Shown here piece after piece: positions 51,817 through 64,000 of a stretch of DNA of 64,000 nucleotides; position 1 is the stretch's first letter, and each line of letters begins with the position of its first letter. Under the pieces are notes generated by a model. That model did no database searches. It was not told where the DNA came from and was given only the letters and a program-made list of their open reading frames with translations. The DNA comes from the human T2T-CHM13v2.0 reference genome, Homo sapiens. The translations under genes and the position numbers were made by a program. The stretch lies in NCBI RefSeq assembly GCF_009914755.1, contig NC_060947.1. One strand, 5' to 3'.

Positions 51817-54800
51817 GTCCTTTTCACGATATTGATTCTACCCATCCATGATCATGGGATGTGTTTCCATTAGTTTGTGTCATTTATGATTTCTTCCAGC
51901 AGTATTTTGTAACTGTCCTTGAGAGATTTTTGACGTCCTTGGTTAAGTATATTCCAAAGTTTGTTTCTTTGTTTGTTTGTTTTTGCAGCTATTGTAAAGG
52001 GGGTTGAGTTCTTAATTTGATTCTCAGCTTGGTTGCTGTTGGTGTATAGCACAGCTTCTGATTTCTGTACATTAATTTTGTATCCTGAGACCTTAATGAG
52101 TTCATTTATCAGTTTGAGGAGCTTTTTGGATGAGTCATTAGGGTCTTTTTTAGTTGTACAATCATATCATCAGCAAACAGCAACAGTTTGACTTCCTGTT
52201 TACTGATTTGGATGCCCTTGATTTCTTTTTCTTGTCTGATTGCTCAGGCTAGAACATCCAGTACTATGTTTAATAGAAGTGGCAAAAGTGGGAATCCTTG
52301 TTTTGTTTTAGTTCTCAGAGGGAATGCTTCCAACTTTCCCCCATTCAGTATTATGTTGACTGTTGGTTTGTCATAGATGGCTTTTATTACCTTGAGGTAT
52401 GTACCTTGCATGCTGATTTTGCTGAGGGTTTTAATGATAAAGGGATGCTGTATTTTGTCAAATGCTTTTTCTATATCTATTTAGTGTTCATGTGACTTTT
52501 GTTTTTAAATGTGATTAGGTGTTTTATCACATTTATTGACTTGTTAAGCTGTTGGACTTGGTTAGCTAGTATTTTGTTGATAATTTTAGCATCTATGTTC
52601 ATCAGAGTTATTGGTCTGTAGTTTCCTTTTTTTGTTATATCCTTTCCTGGTTTGGTATTAGGGTGATACTGGCTTCATAGAATGATTTAGGGAGGATTTC
52701 CCCTTTCTCTATTTTGTGGAATAGCATCAATAGAATTAGTACCAATTCTTCTTTGAATGTCTGATAAAATTCAGCTCTGAATCTGACTTTTCCTGGACTT
52801 TTTTTTCATGTTGTTGGTAATTTTTAACTTACCATTTCAATCTTGCTGCTTGCTATTGGTCTGTTCAGGCTTTCTCTTTTTTCTGATTTAAGTTAGGAAG
52901 GTTGTATCTTTCCCTGAGTTTATTTATCTCCTCCAGGTATTTTAGTTTATGCACATAAAGCTTTTCACAGTGCCATTGAATAATCTTTTTGTTTTTCTAT
53001 GGTGTCTGCTGTAATATCTCTTATTTCATCTTTAATAGAGCTTATTTGGATCTTCTTTTCTTGGGTAATCTAATGGTCTATCAATTTTATTTCTCTTTTC
53101 AATGAACCAGCAATTTGTTTCATTTATCTTTTGAATTTTTTGTTTTAATTTCATTTAGTTCTGCTCTGTTCTTTGTTATTTCCTTTCTTCTGCTGGGTTT
53201 GTGTTTGGTTTCCTCTTGTTGCTCTAGTTTCTTGGTTGTCTATTTGTGTTTTTTTTCAGACTTTTTGATGAAGACATTTAAGATTATGAACTTTTTTCTT
53301 AGCACTGCCTTTGCCATATCCCAGAGGTTTTGATAGGTTGTGTCATTATTATATTTCAGTTCAAAGAATTTTTAAATTTTCATCTTGATTTTATTGTTTA
53401 CCCAGTGATTATTCAGGAACAGGTTATTTAATTTCGAGGTGTTTGCATGGTTTTGAAGGTTCCTTTTTGCATTGATTTCCAATTTTATTTTCCTGTGGTC
53501 TGAGAGAGTACTTGATAGAATTTCACTTTTTTTAATTTATTGAGACTTTTCCTTTTTTAATTTATTTTTTTAATTTTTTGCATTGTTTTTTATTATACTT
53601 TAAGTTTTAGGGTACATGTGCACAATGTGCAGGTTTGTTACATATGTATACCTGTGCGATGTTGGTGTGCTGCACCCCTTAACTCGTCATTTAACATTAG
53701 GTATATCTCCTAATGCTATCCCTCCCACCTCCCCCCACCCCACAACAGTACCCAGTGTGTGATGTTCCCCTTCCTGTGTCCATGTGTCCTAATTGTTCAA
53801 TTTCCACCTATGAGTCAGAACATGCAGTGTTTGGTTCTTTGTCCTTGTGATAGTTTGCTGAGAATAATGGTTTCCAGCTTCATCCATGTCCCTACAAAGG
53901 ACATGAACTCATCTTTTTTTATGGCTGCATAGTATTCCATGGTGTATATGTGCCACATTTTCTTAATCCAGTCTATCATTATTGGACATTTGGGTAGGTT
54001 CCAAGTCTTTGCTATTGTGAGTAGTGCCGCAATAAACACACGTGTGCATGTGTCTTTATAGCAGCATGATTTATAATCCTTTGGGTATATACCCAGTAAT
54101 GGGATGACTGGGTCAAATGGTATTTCTAGTTCTGGATCCCTGAGGAATCACCACACTGACCTCCACAATGGGTGAACTAGTTTACAGTCCCACCAACAGT
54201 GTAAAAGTGTTCTCATTTCTCCACATCCTCTCCAGCACCTGTTGTTTCCTGACTTTTTAATGATCACCATTCTAACTGGTGTGAGATGGTACTCACTGTG
54301 GTTTTGATTTGCATTTCTCTGATGGCCAGTGATGATGAGCATTTTTTCATGTGTCTTTTGGCTGCATAAATGTCTTCTTTTGAGAAGTGTCTATTCATAT
54401 CCTTCACCCACTTTTTGATGGGGTTGTTTGTTTTTTTCTTGTAAATTTGTTTGAGTTCATTGTAGATTCTGGACATTAGCCCTTTGTCAGACCTAAAACC
54501 ATAAAAACCCTAGAAGACAACCTAGGCAATACCATTCAGGACATAGGCATGTGCAAGGAATTCATGACTAAAACACCAAAAGCAATGGCAACAAAAGCCA
54601 AAATTGACAAATGGGATCTAATTAAACTAAAGAGCTTCTGCACAGCAAAAGAAACTAGCATCAGAGTGAACAGGCAACCTACAGAATGGGAGAAAATTTT
54701 TGCAATCTGGTCATCTGATAAATTTATTGAGACTTTTCTTGTGGCCTACCATATGGTCTATCTTGGAGAAAGTTTCATGTGCTGATGAATAGAATGCATA

Positions 54801-57672
54801 TTCTGTGGTTGTTGGGTAGAATGTTCTGTAAATATCTGTTAAGTTTTTTTGTTCTAGGTTGTAGTTTAAATAAATTCTTTGTTGACTTTCTGTTTTGGTG
54901 ACCTGTCTAATGCTGTCAGTGGAGTATTGAAGTTCTCCACTGTCATTATGTTGCCATATATCTCATTTGTTAAGTCTAGTAGTTATTGTTTTATACATTT
55001 GGGAGCTCCTGTGTTATGTCCATATATATTTAAAATTCTAATATTTTCCTGTTGGACGAGGCTTTTCCTCATCACATAATGTCTCTTGTCTTTTTTGACT
55101 GCTGTTGCTTTAAAGTTTGTTTTGTCTGATATGAGAGTAGCTACTGCTCCTTGCTTTTGATGTTCATTTGTACTGAATGTTTTTTTCCACTCCTTTAAGT
55201 TCATGAAAGTCCTTATGTATTAGGTGAGTCTCTTGAAGGCAGCAGATAATTGGCTTGTGAATTATTATCCATTCTGTTATTCTGCATCTTTTAAATGGAG
55301 CATTTAGGCCATTTACATTGAACATTAGTATTGACATGTGAGGTACTATTCCATGCATCATTCTATTCATTGCCTGTAACCCTTTTTGTTTTTAATCGTA
55401 TTTTTGTTTTATAGGTTCTTTGAGATTTATGCTTTAAAGAGGTTCTGTGTTGGTGTGTTTCCAGTTTTTATTTCAAGATTTAGAGCTCCTTTTAGCAGTT
55501 CGTGTAGTGCTGGTTTGGTAGTGACAAATTCTCTCACCATTTGCTTGTCTGAAAAAGACTATATGTTTCCTTTATTTATGAGTCTAACTTTCAATCAATA
55601 CAAAATTCTTGGTGGATAATTTTTATTTTAAGGAGGCTAAAGATTTCCCATATGTTCTTTGAGCTTCTTGTATTTGGATCTTTAGGTCTCCAGCAAGGCT
55701 GGGGAAGTTTTCCTTGATTATTCCCCCAAATATATTTTCCAAATTTTTAGATTTCTCTTCCTCCTCAGGAACTTTAATTATTCTCAGGTTTGGTCGTTTA
55801 ACTTAATACCAAACTTCTTGGGGGCTTTGTTCATTTTTTTAAATTCTTTTTTTATTGTCTTTGTTGGATTGGATTTAACTGAAAACCTTGTCTTCAAGCT
55901 CTGAAATTCTTTTTTCTGCTTCTTCAATTCTATTGCTGAGACTTTTCAGTATATTTTGCATTTCTCTAAGTGTGTTTTTTATTTCCCGAAGTTGTGATTT
56001 TTTAAATTTATGCTATTTTGCTGAACAGTTTTCTCCTCATATCTTGCATCTTTTTAAAAATTATCTTAAATTGGACCCCACTTTTTTCAGGTGCCTCCTT
56101 GATTAGCTTAATAATCGACCTTCTGAATTCTTTTTCAGGTAAATTAGGGATTTCCTCTTGGTTTGGATCCATTTCTGGTGAGCTAGTGTTCATTTTCTGG
56201 GGTGTTAAAAAACCTTGTTTTGTCATGTTACCAGAATTTTTCTTCTGGTCTTTTCTCATTTGTGTAGGCTATGTCAGAGAGAAGATCTGGGTCTCAATTT
56301 GCTGTTCCAGTTTCTGTGTCCCATGGGGTGTTTTATTGATTAAGTACTCTCCCCTTTTTCCTAGGGATGTGACTTTATGAGAGCTGAACTGCAGTGATTG
56401 TTATTTCTCTTCTGGATCTAGCCACCCAGCAGGACTACCAGGCTCCAGATTGGTACTGGTGGTTGACTGCACAGAGTCTTCTAATGTGAACCACCTTCAG
56501 GTCTCTCAGTTGTGGATAACAGCACCTGCTCTGGTGGAGGTGGCAGGAGAGTGAAATGGACTCTGTGAGGGTCCTTAGTTTTGGTTGCTTAATGTACTAT
56601 TTTTATGCCTGTTGTCCTCCTGCTAGGACATGGCACTTTCAAAAGAGATCAGCTGTGATAGTGTAAGGAAAATTAGATGGTGGGTGGTGCCCTGGAACTC
56701 CCAAGAGAATGTGACCTTTGCCTACAGCTACCAGGATGGGTAGGGAAGGACCACCCACAGGTGGGGACAGGTTTACCTATATCTGAGCTCAGATTCTCCC
56801 TGGGTGGGGCTTGTTGCAGCTGCTCTGGGGGATGAGGGTGTGCTTCCCGGGTCAATGGAGTTATGTTTCCAGGCGGATGATGCCTGCCTCTGCTGTGGCA
56901 TGCAGGTTGTCCGGGAAGTGGGGGAAAGATGGCAGTTGTAGGCCTAACTCAGCTCTCATATAACTCGAAAGACCCGTCTCATTTCTACCGTGATCCACCC
57001 CAACATTACCGAGTTTGTTTCCCAGCAGTGGGCGAGCAGAGCTGATAACTTTCCCAGGCTACTAGCCTTTCAGCTGAGAAAGCAAGCAGGGCTTTTACGC
57101 CTCCCTGCTTGTCCTGTATGAACAATGGATTCACGCCCTCCCCCATGTTCTGGCCAGGAGACTTCGCATTCAGTTGGAATTGTTACAAAGTTCAGCTGGA
57201 GCTTTCCTTGTTCCTTTGATCTTTTCCCAGTTCCTCTGGCAGCCCTCCCCAAGGACCCCAGTGAGAGAAGTCAGAAATGGCTTTTCTACGGACCCAGAGA
57301 GCCCTCAGGTTTTCCCACTGGTTCCTCTACCCTTGTATTTTGCTTGGCTCTCTAAATCGACTCATCTTCAGGTAAGGTCAAATCCTTTCCTCATTATGTA
57401 GACCTTCAGGTTTCCCAGCGAGAGTGTGTGTTCAGGGGCAGATAATTCCCCTTTTCCACTGTCACATCTCGGCACTCACAGTATCTGGGCTGTCTCCTGG
57501 GTGCTGCAGGAGGAATCTGTTTCCTTCAGAGGGCCTGTGGAGTCTCTCAGCCTTCCTGGTATATTCCTCCAATAGTTCAGGAGCAAAAATTTACAATGTG
57601 ATTCTCCACAAGCTGCTCTGTCTGTCTGAGCTGGAGCTGCAAGCTGGTCTTGCCTCCTGTCTGCCATCTTCC
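51817..57672 (-). mobile_element. L1PB-like element (ORF2 mid-region to 5'UTR); 3' part missing
   Basis: ORF2 and EN remnants; ORF1 start MRKDQKKNSGNMTKQG (56008-56259); 5'UTR to ctgccatctt ~57670. Confidence 0.85.
53552..54720 (-). mobile_element. L1PA5-like insertion with 5' inversion (junction ~54490)
   Basis: 18-bp TSD aatttattgagacttttc at 53534-53551 and 54721-54738. Confidence 0.93.
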
Positions 57673-57925
57673 CACCTATCACCTACATTTTATGGTTAAT
57701 TTTCTTCCGCTTCCTTCATGGTTAGAGTGCCTTCTTCTCTCTACTGTTTTTAGATTACTTATTTTAGATCCCACTTTCTTTCCTATTATATGCACTAATG
57801 CTACAATTTTTAAAAAAAACTCATTGCTGAATCTCACCTATTTTAATAAGCTGTATTTTTATTCAGTTCCAAAATATTTTTCTTTTGCTTTGTTACTTCT
57901 ATTATGTATGTATGTATGTATGTAT

Positions 57926-64000
<6,075 letters not shown>

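Overview
Primate (probably human) genomic DNA that is almost entirely transposon-derived and dominated by nested LINE-1 elements of many ages (L1M/L1MA-MC, L1PB/L1PA13-16-like, L1PA7/8, L1PA2-5). It also holds five Alus, MIRs, MaLR LTRs (including one complete THE1 element) and a MER11 solo LTR. I find no host protein-coding gene, RNA gene or CRISPR array; nearly all listed ORFs are L1 ORF1/ORF2 remnants or their antisense frames. The notable features are retrotransposition archaeology: (i) two independently inserted L1PA copies ~9.6 kb apart that share many non-consensus changes, including an ORF2 frameshift; (ii) two mRNA retrocopies, one resembling the DDX3X 3'UTR and one an unidentified 1.1-kb copy with a perfect 14-bp TSD; (iii) two L1 3' transductions; (iv) three or four twin-priming inversions; (v) a TSD-less MER11 LTR joining unrelated flanks; (vi) an old L1M relic inserted inside a younger L1; (vii) a TSD-bounded L1 with two in-frame microhomology deletions. 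Subfamily names come from remembered consensus features rather than computation, and boundaries of old elements are approximate. I see no convincing new functional system; the sister-L1 pair is the best candidate for an unusual process.
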